Source of the DNA: Macrostomum lignano
Lineage: Eukaryota
DNA: 64,000 nt
Assembly (NCBI GenBank): GCA_002269645.1
Contig: NIVC01002125.1
Coordinates: 1 to 64,000, forward strand
Direction: 5' to 3'
Shown here: positions 40,001-51,748 of the stretch, piece by piece
How the letters are laid out: each line of letters begins with the position of its first letter
Position numbering within the stretch: the first letter of the stretch is position 1
Translations under genes and position numbers: made by a program
The notes under the pieces: model-generated
Database searches by the model: none
Told to the model about the DNA's origin: nothing
The model's input: only the letters and a program-made list of their open reading frames with translations

Positions 40001-42544
40001 GCCGGTGGTTTCGTTGAGGAGAAGAAGATTCCCAAAGTGTTGCAGCGCTTTGCGGGCAGCAAGAAGGCGCCTCCGATTGTTGCCGGGGCTGGAGACGCCG
40101 CGTTTGAAGCCGAGCGATCCGAGTATCAGGTGCGCTTAGCTGAGCAAGAGAAGAAATTGGACCGGCTGCGCAAAGAGGTCCGCGAGCTCACGGAGAAACT
40201 GGCCCAGAAGAGCATGGAGCATCTGGATCGATGGGGCCAGGAGGTCGTACAGCTAAGTCAGCGGGTGGAAGAGATGGAGTTGGTCTTCACTCAGGTGAGT
40301 CGATCATTGACTTTCTTGGCACGTTAACTTATTGTTGGCGCACTGTACTAGCGTACCTTTAAATGCGATTTTACGCTCCAGGCTGACAGCTTCCGTCAGG
40401 ACGCGGTTGAGTGGCGCAGCCGAGCGGAGAGCCTGCAGGACACGCTGCTGAGGGAGCGCAAGCGCTGGCAGGGCGAGAAAGTATCGCTACAGTTCTCCGC
40501 CGAGCAGTTCCGGGTGATGCTGGACCAGTGGCTGGACCGATTTCTCAACGCTGTCGAAGATGCTGACGCTTTAAAACTGCAGGAGGGCTGTGAGGAGTTG
40601 CCAGCCAAGCAGGATGAGGTGCGGTGGGCACCCTGACGGTGACGGGTTTCCTGTTGAACATTCAGAAGTGTATCAAAATACAATGTATGCTTGACATTTC
40701 AGCTCAGGGCCTCCATCAAGCTGATTGTTGACGACATTGTCAAATTCAAGAGTCGCGTCAGCGGACACGACAAATCAGCCGGCGGATTCGCTAAGCAGGG
40801 CAAGCTGAGGTGAGCTGAGTAGAAGCTCTGTGATGGTTAAAGAAAAATAGAACCGGTCTGAGACTCGGACAGGAGTCAGATATTGAGTTCACATAATGAG
40901 TGTCCCCACACAGATAGTAAGTGTACCCACATGGATAGTGAGTGTCCCCACATGGATAGCGAGTGTCCCCACATGGATAGTGAGTGTACCCACGTGGATA
41001 GTGAGTGTCCCCACATGGATAGTGAGTGTCCCCACATGGATAGCGAGTGTCCCCACACTCGTGTCGATCTCAAAAGGCTAATTTCGAAGACACAGTTGCG
41101 CATACACTGCTTATTTAAATGCACAAAGTTACTCAAATATGGCAGGATGTCACTGGAAACTGAATCTCTTGCACCAAATAACCGCATCGCAGCTACAGAT
41201 CCGCTCTGAACAGCGCCAGCAGCCTCAGCAACACGTCTGGCATCGGTGCTGGCGCCGCATCATCTACAGGAGCCGCCACCGCCTCCGCCGACGACCCGTT
41301 CGGTTCAATAGGCGCTGTCGCTGGATCATCCGGAGCTCAGCAGCAGCAGCTCCAGCGCCCGCCGCAGCAGCCGCAGCTGGCTGGCTCAGGCAGTTTGGGC
41401 AACCGCTCCATCAGCATGGACTGGTCGGCCGCCCGCTCGCTACTCCGAGCCGAGAGTCCGTTCCGGTCCAAACGGTCCGCCAGTCCGGACGTCTCAGTCA
41501 AGAAGGTGACGGCCTACCCGGACCCGTCGCCCGGCTTCTGGATCAAGCCGTCGAGTCGGACCAACTCGCGGGAGAGTCTGGCCTCGTCGCAGACCAACCT
41601 GACCTTCCCGACTGTCCGCTTCTCGCCGCACGTGTCCTCGGCCGATGCGGACAGTTCGCTGTCCGGCTCCACCAGCAGCCTATCGAAGATGGCCAGCAGC
41701 AACGCCGCTGCCAGGAGGCGGTTCTATCAGGCCTACGATGAGCAGGTGAGCAAATGGGCAGATGGGCAACCGACAGCTCAGCTGCAGCTATTGCGCGGCG
41801 CATCTGAAGGCTCAGTCCAAGGACTGGGGGTCGCCACACACACACACCCTCAATTACCCCAACTAATGCTGGCACCCATTTTACAGCTTGGGTGGGACTG
41901 AAGCAATGCAGAGTCAAGTGTCTTGCTCAATGGGCACAAATTTTTCCGAGTTGGGTTCGGAATCGAACCTCCGACCTTTAAGACGTGAGTCTGGCGATCT
42001 AACAACTAGGCTGAAACCACTGGCTGTCGGTGGCTTCTGACTCAGCTCAAAATTGCCTAGACTCGAAACTTTAACTAACGCTCCAATAAATTTGCAGGTC
42101 TACGCCAGCAGCGAGCGGCTGATGCCGTCAAGCGGCGGCAGCGTTGCCACTGGCGTCGTAGCAGCGGCAAAGTCCAAGCCGGGCGATGATGATGCCGAAC
42201 TGAAAGCTCAACCGGAGAAGCAGCCGCAGACTCAGACGCAGCAGCCGCAGCAGCCGCAGCAGCAACAACAGAAACAAGAAAAGCAGCCGGAAAAGCAGCA
42301 GGCCTCGCAGACGCAACCAAAGCCGCAGCCGCAGCCGCAGCAGAAGCCGCCGCCGCCTCAGCCGGCTCCGAAGCCAGCAAAGGCGGGAACTTCAGCGTTA
42401 CGAAACCCGTTCGGCGTGACGCTGAAGTCTGTCAAGCCGGTGACGCAGGCTCAGCCGCAAGCGCAGGCGCAGCAACAGCAGCAGCAGCAACCGCCACCGA
42501 AAGGTGCGACTGGCATTAAGAAATTCTTCCCGCGAAGCAGCTAA
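28046..42544 (+). CDS. SOGA/MTCL1-family long coiled-coil protein, 17 exons, about 2009 aa
   Basis: Exons 28046-28547, 28625-29358, 30863-31051, 32103-32177, 32251-32770, 33258-33611, 34696-34918, 35974-36127, 36998-37141, 37368-37794, 38439-39106, 39177-39413, 39830-40294, 40382-40618, 40703-40809, 41199-41745 and 42098-42544 are phase-consistent and total 6030 nt. Family motifs: ELQRELDAANKSYRVIQFKLRKAE, ELRMAKEVSVRLHDELEFIEEKRSRLENEN, DLVEQLRFSKEEAKILKRKL, EREAAGLRRKMAELERENRAL. AATAAA at 42555. Confidence 0.88.
30505..30765. repeat. 20-bp minisatellite (intronic)
   Basis: Unit GTGTGTACATATCGGTGAGC. Confidence 0.95.
31637..32006 (+). mobile_element. tRNA-headed SINE, copy B
   Basis: Homologous to copies A, C and D, with a poly-A tail. 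A more diverged fragment lies immediately upstream (about 31590-31635). Confidence 0.85.
32860..33160. repeat. Degenerate minisatellite of about 40-50 bp (intronic)
   Basis: Recurrent AAAAGTACACGTAGACCTAACGAAGACAC. Confidence 0.85.
33945..34670. repeat. 32-bp minisatellite (intronic)
   Basis: Unit GGGACTGGGAGCTACATTAGTGGATCACCGGT. Confidence 0.95.
34970..35880. repeat. About 15-bp AGAATCTCACCC-type minisatellite interrupted by SINE copy C
   Basis: The same unit occurs on both sides of 35400-35754. Confidence 0.9.
35400..35754 (-). mobile_element. tRNA-headed SINE, copy C (most intact head)
   Basis: The minus strand starts GGGGCCGTAGCCCAGCGGTAGCGCAGC (A box) ... GGCTCGATTCC (B box) and ends in poly-A. 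Confidence 0.88.
36245..36880. repeat. 30-bp minisatellite (intronic), related to the 32-bp array
   Basis: Unit TGATACTGGGAGCTGGTGCGGGATCACCAG. Confidence 0.95.
40905..41060. repeat. 21-bp minisatellite (intronic)
   Basis: Unit GAGTGTCCCCACATGGATAGT. Confidence 0.95.
41871..42020 (-). mobile_element. Second SINE type: tRNA-like head plus conserved central domain, truncated
   Basis: Minus strand: GGTTTCAGCCTAGTTG (A-box-like), GGTTCGATTCC (B box), then GTGCCCATTGAGCAAGACACTT and CCACCCAAGCTGTAAAATGGGTGCC, resembling core domains of widespread invertebrate SINEs. Confidence 0.65.
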
Positions 42545-43315
42545 ATTTTACTTTAATAAAAAGAATTCTCTCTAGCGTGCCTCCATGGACGCCCCCTCTC
42601 TCTCTTGATCTCTTGAGCTGCCCTTTTCTATATCACAATTTTTTCTGATCAGTTTGTTTTTCGTCCTCGTGTCTTTTGCTGAGAGATGAGACGGGTAGCA
42701 ACTTTTTATCGAACGTTTTTTTCAATAATCACGCATGATGTGAGCGGTTTTTTATTGTTAGTAGACTACTGTAAGTAGCACGTTTCGCTGACCAGCCGAC
42801 ATTGGTGCTGCAAACTGGTGAAGGACTACAACTCGATTCATTTTTTTCTGAGGTCTGAAAATCAAAGCTGCACTGCTGAACTAACTGTACATTAGCTTGG
42901 CTTTTCTAATGTTGAGCAGATCCTTGGGCTAAAATATCACTCACTTCATCGATTCTGTCCCTTAAATTATTCACTATGCAGTATTTGCTTATGAATTCCT
43001 GTCAAGTCGAAGGAACCCAAAGAATGGTACAAAAACAGGTCAGGTATTTTTAAAAGCTTTTCTCAAGACTTTTTATTGAATTTTTAACGGGTTTTTTTAA
43101 GCTGCTAAGTTGCAAAATTTCGAGTAATTTCTCTTTTAGCTCAAAGTGTGCTGAATTTCAGTATGGAACATTAAATATGCGAGAAATAAATTGCAATCAA
43201 ATTCAGCGCATGCGATGGTACCTCGCTTCTAATTTTATTAAGCCAGCTCTTCGTGTCTGGATTAAAACGAAGTTGCAAATTCACTCAGATTATAGATGAG
43301 AAACACGTGCCGTTC

Positions 43316-45021
<1,706 letters not shown>

Positions 45022-45099
45022 ATGCAATAAGTTTCTACCGGCAGTACATGCTACAAAAGTACACTAGAAGATAATTTTAACGTGCCTGCAGATTCTTTG

Positions 45100-46190
45100 T
45101 ATGCGGGTGGGTGTAGTGTCTGTGGGTAATAGAGTGTGCCAGGGTGAATTGTGTGCGGGTGGGTGAAGTGTCTGTGGGTAATAGAGTGTTCCAGGGTGAC
45201 TTGTATGCGGGTGGGTGTAGTGTCTGTGGGTAATAGAGTGTTCCAGGGTGACTTGTGTGCGGGTGGGTGTAGTGTCTGTGGGTAATAGAGTGTTCCAGGG
45301 TGACTTGTGTGCGGGTGGGTGAAGTGTCTGTGGGTAATAGAGTGTTCCAGGGTGACTTGTGTGCGGGTGGGTGAAGTGTCTGTGGGTAATAGAGTGTTCC
45401 AGGGTGACTTGTGTGCGGGTGGGTGTAGTGTCTGTGGGTAATAGAGTGTTCCAGGGTGACTTGTGTGCGGGTGGGTGAAGTGTCTGTGGGTAATAGAGTG
45501 TTCCAGGGTGACTTGTATGCGGGTGGGTGTAGTGTCTGTGGGTAATAGAGTGTTCCAGGGTGACTTGTGTGCGGGTGGGTGAAGTGTCTGTGGGTAATAG
45601 AGTGTTCCAGGGTGACTTGTGTGCGGGTGGGTGTAGTGTCTGTGGGTAATAGAGTGTGCCAGGGTGACTTGTGTGCGGGTGGGTGTAGTGTCTGTGGGTA
45701 ATAGAGTGTGCCAGGGTGACTTGTGTGCGGGTGGGTGTAGTGTCTGTGGGTAATAGAGTGTTCCAGGGTGACTTGTGTGCGGGTGGGTGAAGTGTCTGTG
45801 GGTAATAGAGTGTTCCAGGGTGACTTGTGTGCGGGTGGGTGAAGTGTCTGTGGGTAATAGAGTGTTCCAGGGTGACTTGTGTGCGGGTGGGTGTAGTGTC
45901 TGTGGGTAATAGAGTGTGCCAGGGTGACTTGTGTGCGGGTGGGTGTAGTGTCTGTGGGTAATAGAGTGTGCCAGGGTGACTTGTGTGCGGTGGGTGAAGT
46001 GTCTGTGGGTAATAGAGTGTGCCAGGGTGACTTGTGTGCGGGTGGGTGAAGTGTCTGTGGGTAATAGAGTGTGCCAGGGTGAATTGTGTGCGGGTGGGTG
46101 AAGTGTCTGTGGGTAATAGAGTGTGCCAGGGTGAATTGTGTGCGGGTGGGTGAAGTGTCTGTGGGTAATAGAGTGTGCCAGGGTGAATCT
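45100..46190. repeat. 52-bp minisatellite, about 21 copies
   Basis: Unit GTGTCTGTGGGTAATAGAGTGTTCCAGGGTGACTTGTGTGCGGGTGGGTGAA. Confidence 0.95.
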
Positions 46191-46199
46191 TCTGGAAAT

Positions 46200-49100
46200 T
46201 GTCTGCAGCTGAAATGTCTGGCTGACTTCCAGTAAATGATATCGAACTAGAAGTTGAATAGCAAAAGTTGAATTAACTACCTGCAGGCCAAGACAGCCAC
46301 CAATGGAGGCAAATGTCTCCCTCAGTCCCATCCAGCTGTTTAACAGGTCGGATAGTCGGTCGAAGCAGCCCTCCTGATACCAGCTAGTGCTCGGGTTGGT
46401 ATTGTTGTAGCTGCAGTTGATGTCCACCGGTTTGAGAGTGGACATGTTGTACTTGCAACAGGTGACCGGATAGGCAAGCCCTTGAAACAATGAATCAGCG
46501 AGTACACAGATATTGAAGGTGATATGCATGGATACATCTAGCAACTAAGTTATAGTGCGAAGACTAATTTGAATTGTTTGTAGAAACTTTCCAAACAAAA
46601 GAGACCCGTAGCGGACGAACTTCTTTGGAGCGTTTCGTGTTTCACATTCTCGGATAAAATTTCCTGGTTGAGACCTTTCGATGCTTCTTTCGAGAATCTT
46701 GCAATCCTCTGACCAAATCTTTAACTTTCGCACCTAACACAATTTTAACCTTTTCTCTTCTTTTGGAACCGTTTTCTGGCCTATCAAAGTATTCCTTTTA
46801 CTGCAATCGTTGCTGTCTTTGGATGAGAGGGTTGAGGGCCATTTTGGTGCAGTGAAAGTCATGCATACACTAAAGCTGGGGTCAGCTGCAAACTTTTTAC
46901 CTCAAGGGCCAGATGAAGAATCCAGCTCATGGCTGCGGGCCAGATGAGGGGTCTACGACAATTGACTGCGGTCAATTTGACTGCGGACAATTTGACTGCC
47001 GACAATTTGACTGCCGACAATTTGACTGCCGACAATTTGACTGCCGACAATTTGACTGCCGACAAAATGACTGCGGACAAAATGACTGCGAACAAAATGA
47101 CTGTCGACAAAATGACTGCGAACAAAATGACTGTCGACAAAATGACTGCGGACAAAATGACTGCGGACAAAATGACTGCGGCAATTTGACTGCCGACAAT
47201 ATGACTGCCAACAAAATGACTGCCGACAAAATGACTGCGGCAATTTGACTGCCGACAATATGACTGCCGACAAAATGACTGCCGACAATTTGACTGCCGA
47301 CAAAATGACTGCGGACAAAATGACTGCGAACAAAATGACTGCGAACAAAATGACTGCGGACAAAATGACTGCGGCAATTTGACTGCCGACAATATGACTG
47401 CCGACAATTTGACTGCCAACAAAATGACTGCCGACAAAATGACTGCGGCAATTGACTGCCGACAAAATGACTGCCGACAAAATGACTGCGGCAAATGACT
47501 GCCGACAATATAGAAAACAAGAGGCCACCCCTCCTCCTCTCTCCCCCAGTCCCTCAATGTTCGCCTCTCTCTCTCTCTCTCTCTCTCTCCTCTCTCTCTC
47601 AATGGAGTTTTATGAGTTTGCTCGCCACCTAAACTTGTGGGCTCCACTGATCACCCTCTCCTTTTATTATTTGACTCCAAACCCCAAAGTTGGCAACCCC
47701 AAACACCAAAACCAAAAGCCTAGCCTAGTTGTGCACAGCTTTATATTGACGAATGAATTTGAAAAACTTGCTAGGCGCATTCTCGTTATGCAAAAGAGGA
47801 GAGATGAGAGATGAAGGCGGAGAGAGCAGAGTGCAGAGAGACGAGAGAAGTGAATAAAGGGGAGAGAGTATAGAAGAGGGAAGAGGACTAAGGAAAGAGA
47901 GGAGTCAAAAGAGGGGAAAGAGAAGAGTACAGAGGAGAGAGGTAAGAGAACATACCAGTATAAGAGAGTAAAGATGACAGATGAGAGAGGGGAGATGAGA
48001 GAGCAGAGACGAGAGAGAAGAGACGAGAGAGAAGTGAGAAAACAGAAGAGAAGATAGAAGGTTCAAAGGATGCAAGGAACATAGGGATCGAGAGGCAGAA
48101 GTAGAGGCCAGAGTTTTTCTGACATTCTGCGCCGCACCCCAGCCAACAATATCAATAGTTTGCCTCCAATCCTAATTTTACACGAATGTAATCTATGTTT
48201 TGTTTAACTCTAATAATAAAAGTTTTTGCTTGAGTTTAACTTCACATTTTAGAATATATGCAAAATAGTTCCTAAGATTGGAGTTCCCATTTCCCACTGT
48301 TCAAAATCCGCGGGTTTCAACAGCTGTTACAGCTTGTTGTATAAAGGTTATGTGTTCTGTTCTGCATCATTCTAGCTCGTAAAGAGAGGAGAGGAGAGGA
48401 GAGGAGAGGAGAGGAGAGGAGAGGATAGGAGAGGAGAGGAGAGGAGAGGAGAGGAGAGGAGAGGAGAGGAGAGGAGAGGAGAGGAGAGGAGGAGAGGAGA
48501 GGAGAGGAGAGGAGAGGAGAGGAGAGGAGAGGAGAGGAGAGGAGAGGAGAGGAGAGGAGAGGAGAGGAGAGGAGAGGAGAGGAGAGGAGAGGATAGGAGA
48601 GGAGAGGAGAGGAGAGGAGAGGAGAGGAGAGGAGAGGAGAGGAGAGGAGAGGAGAGGAGAGGAGAGGAGAGGAGAGGAGAGGAGAGGAGAGGAGAGGAGA
48701 GGAGAGGATAGGAGAGGAGAGGAGAGGAGAGGAGAGGAGAGGAGAGGAGAGGAGAGGAGAGGAGAGGAGAGGAGAGGAGAGGAGAGGAGAGGATAGGATA
48801 GGAGAGGAGAGGAGAGGAGAGGAGAGGAGAGGAGAGAGAGGAGAGGAGAGGAGAGGAGAGGAGAGGAGAGGAGAGGAGAGGAGAGGAGAGGAGAGGAGAG
48901 GAGAGGAGAGGAGAGGAGAGGAGAGGAGAGGAGAGGAGAGGAGAGGAGAGAGAGAGGAGAGGAGAGGAGAGGAGAGGAGAGGAGAGAGGAGAGGAGAGGA
49001 GAGGAGAGGAGAGGAGAGGAGAGGAGAGGAGGGGAGGGAGAGGAGAGAGGGGAGAGGAGAGGAGAGGAGAGGAGAGGAGAGAGAGGAGGAGAGGAGAGGA

Positions 49101-51748
49101 GAGGAGAGGAGAGAGAGAGGAGAGGAGAGGAGAGGAGAGGAGAGGAGAGGAGAGGAGAGGAGAGGAGAGGAGAGGAGAGGAGAGGAGAGGAGAGGAGAGG
49201 AGAGGAGAGGAGAGGAGAGGAGAGGAGAGGAGAGGAGAGGAGAGGAGAGGAGAGGAGAGGAGAGGAGAGGAGAGGAGAGGAGAGGAGAGGAGAGGAGAGG
49301 AGAGGAGAGGAGAGGAGAGGAGAGGAGAGGAGAGGAGAGGAGAGGAGAGCAGGAGAGATAACTGAGAAGAGACAAACCCTGAGCGGGCCGGATTGCCATT
49401 CTGAAGTGTCCAAGGACCCGAGGACCGGATAGAGAGGCTTTGCGGGCCGCGTATGGCCCGCGGGCCGGAGTAAGCTCACCCCTGCGGTAAAGTCTCACGG
49501 ACTACTTAATTGTCGTTTATCTACTTAAGTAGTCCGTGTGAAGTCTATCGAGTTCGGTAAGAGTTCACGAGAAGCTTGAAGATAGAAAAGATTACGAGAA
49601 GAACGGCTGTAGTTGTTTAGCCTAGATTTAGAACGTGGTGAACTACAGGTAGAGGGCATACGAAGCTGAAGATTAAAAAAAAGAGAAAGCGATGGATAGA
49701 AAGCAAGATGACTTTGCCACAGAAGACTCCTTGCACGGCCATGAGTGAGATCTAGAACTTTGGCAATTGGTTCTGTTGCTATTATTGCATAGAAATCCTC
49801 AAAAAGCTCACCATAGCTGAACGATCTGTTGTTCTCCTGATAGGTGTAGATTCTGTTCCAACGTGGACTAAGCGTTTGAAAGTCTGTACCATTGTTGACA
49901 CCGCAACACCCAGCGAATATGTGCAGCAGATTCTGGGACAGAGTTTGCACATTGTCGCTGCCAAGGCCTGTGTACTTCTGCAGACCGTCCAGCATGGCGC
50001 GTTTGATGAGCTGCTTGAACTGTTGAAGGGTTTTTTAATTGTAGTGCGCTGGGTTTTTTAAAGATTGGAAATCCAGTTGCCAAGGGTTATTTTCGGTTGC
50101 CCATTGGCAACTAGCCAAATTCTCGAGGATGGATATTTCCAAGGCTACTTTTGAAAAGCAGAAATTTGTTCTCTCAACTCTAAGATTGCTATCTCTGCTG
50201 CAAACAATAACAAACTAACAATTCCATCATATCTATTTATACTCGTATGGCACTTTTATTACACTTACAAAATCATACTTTGAAATTGGCAACTGGCACG
50301 GGGAAAATAAAGTTGCCAGATTGGCCTCTGATGCCAAAAATCCAGTTGCCAATGAGATTTTCAAGGGCCCAAAAAAGCCCGTATGGCCTAAAAAAAACTC
50401 AGGTAGTGCGTTCGCCGTAAACTCATGGGAGCAACTACGAGACCGAAGTAAAGCTCCCAAACTCCCAAAACAAACCGACTAACTGAAATCTCCTCAAAAT
50501 ATCTATCTAGTACAGCCAGTTTGGCCCTGAGCTTCACTTCGGGCTCAGTGACCATTAATCCCGCGCTTAATATGACATCGCCCTTTGGCTTTCGACAAGT
50601 CACCCCATTGACTCGGCACATTGGCAGCAAAGGCCGAGTCCGAGCTGCATCCATAATGAGACTCTGGGTCCTCAAACCAGATTATTGAGACATCTTTTTA
50701 AAAAGGATTCTTCCATGAAAGGTGTCAAGTAGGCGAATACGTTGAGATTGAAACAGAGAAAATAAAATTACTTGCCATTTCAAGCTTGGTGAACCACACC
50801 GCGACTAAAACCAGCTGACCAGTGAGCAGCACCAATAGATAGGCTGCGTACTGAAATTTTCAGGTGCATTTTGCATGGAATGAGTCCATTACAGAGTGAG
50901 TAGCCTATACCCAGACCCTTCTCCGGCACCAACAATGTATGCAGTGTCTCACAATGACCAGGCAGACACGGTTGCTGCAGCTGGCCCCAGACAGCCCAGG
51001 CAGCTCAGGCCGACAAGCGCCAGACCGGCGCCAATAAACACACCACCGATGGCGCCGGAAACCTCGCCCAGACCGGACAGCAGGCTGTCCAAGTCGATGC
51101 CAAGGCCCGGCGGTAGGAGGCCGTTGATGTGGTTGCCAAGCGAGCTGAGCACTCCGCTATCGGATTTCAACAGATCGCTAAGTCCGGCGAAGCCCCAGGC
51201 AAGCAGGCAGCCGATCAGGGTAAGAGCGATTCCGATTGGCTGGCGAGATTGGTACATCGTTAGAGGGAACTGTCAGCTCACAAGCTTATTTAATTGTCGT
51301 GAGCTATAGGGTTGATTAAATCGTATTTCTGGGACCGTCTCAATGATGTTGGCACTCGATCTTATATAGCTCGTAGTTTGTGAATGCCAGCTGAGTAATA
51401 TCATTGAAACAAAATAGACACTTTGCTAATAAATTTGTTATGCTTAAGAAAGTTTGTACTTTCATATTGTATTAATTAGATTCTAGTGACCAGTCAAAGA
51501 CAAGCAAAAGTATTCAGAGAAGTCTGCTGTAGATTTGATACGTAGACTGTAGACTGTACGAACTGTGAGTATTCTTGCTAACCAAGCCAAACAACTCCAA
51601 CCATTTAAACACAGTCTTCAAATCGCTTATCCCCAACCCATTATAAAATTAAGACTACTATACCGATACTTACAATAAAAATCACGTTTAGCCCAGCTAG
51701 GAAGACGCAGCAAGCTGCTCTACAGGCTCTCAGAACTTGACTGGCCAT
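46200..51748 (-). CDS. Tetraspanin, exons 51748-51674, 51239-50953 (1-nt frameshift), 50850-50776, 50019-49812, 46480 to about 46200 (3' end uncertain)
   Basis: TM1 FLAGLNVIFI|PIGIALTLIG, TM2 GLALVGLSCLGCLG, TM3 YAAYLLVLLTGQLVLVAVW, large loop with CCG, PVTCC and EGC motifs, TM4 IGGCLGLQVVNSTFAIQLL. Splice phases are consistent once one base is restored in a G-run at 50985-50988. Confidence 0.88.
46960..47510. repeat. 15-bp minisatellite
   Basis: Units ATTTGACTGCCGACA and AAATGACTGCGGACA. Confidence 0.95.
48384..49350. repeat. (GGAGA)n pentanucleotide microsatellite
   Basis: Direct reading. Confidence 0.98.
50049..50402. mobile_element. 354-bp MITE with 8-bp target-site duplication
   Basis: Perfect direct repeat GTAGTGCG at 50041-50048 and 50403-50410. 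Termini CTGGGTTTTTT and AAAAAACTCAG form an 11-bp TIR with one mismatch. Internal repeated GTTGCCA/TGGCAAC motifs. Confidence 0.8.

Larger units (their letters stand above)
46876..49484 (+). mobile_element. Non-autonomous hAT (Charlie/MER5-like) element of about 2.6 kb inside a tetraspanin intron
   Basis: Left end CTGGGGTCAGCTGCAAACTTTTT..CAAGGGCCAGAT..GCGGGCCA; right end GCGGGCCGCGTATGGCCCGCGGGCCGGAGTAAGCTCACCCCTG. Flanks are CACTAAAG and CGGTAAAG (6/8 match, central TA). No transposase. Confidence 0.65.

Noticed and set aside
20435-42380. Antisense and alternate-frame ORFs overlapping SKI and SOGA exons
   Set aside because: Expected shadows of GC-rich coding sequence, with no independent motifs.
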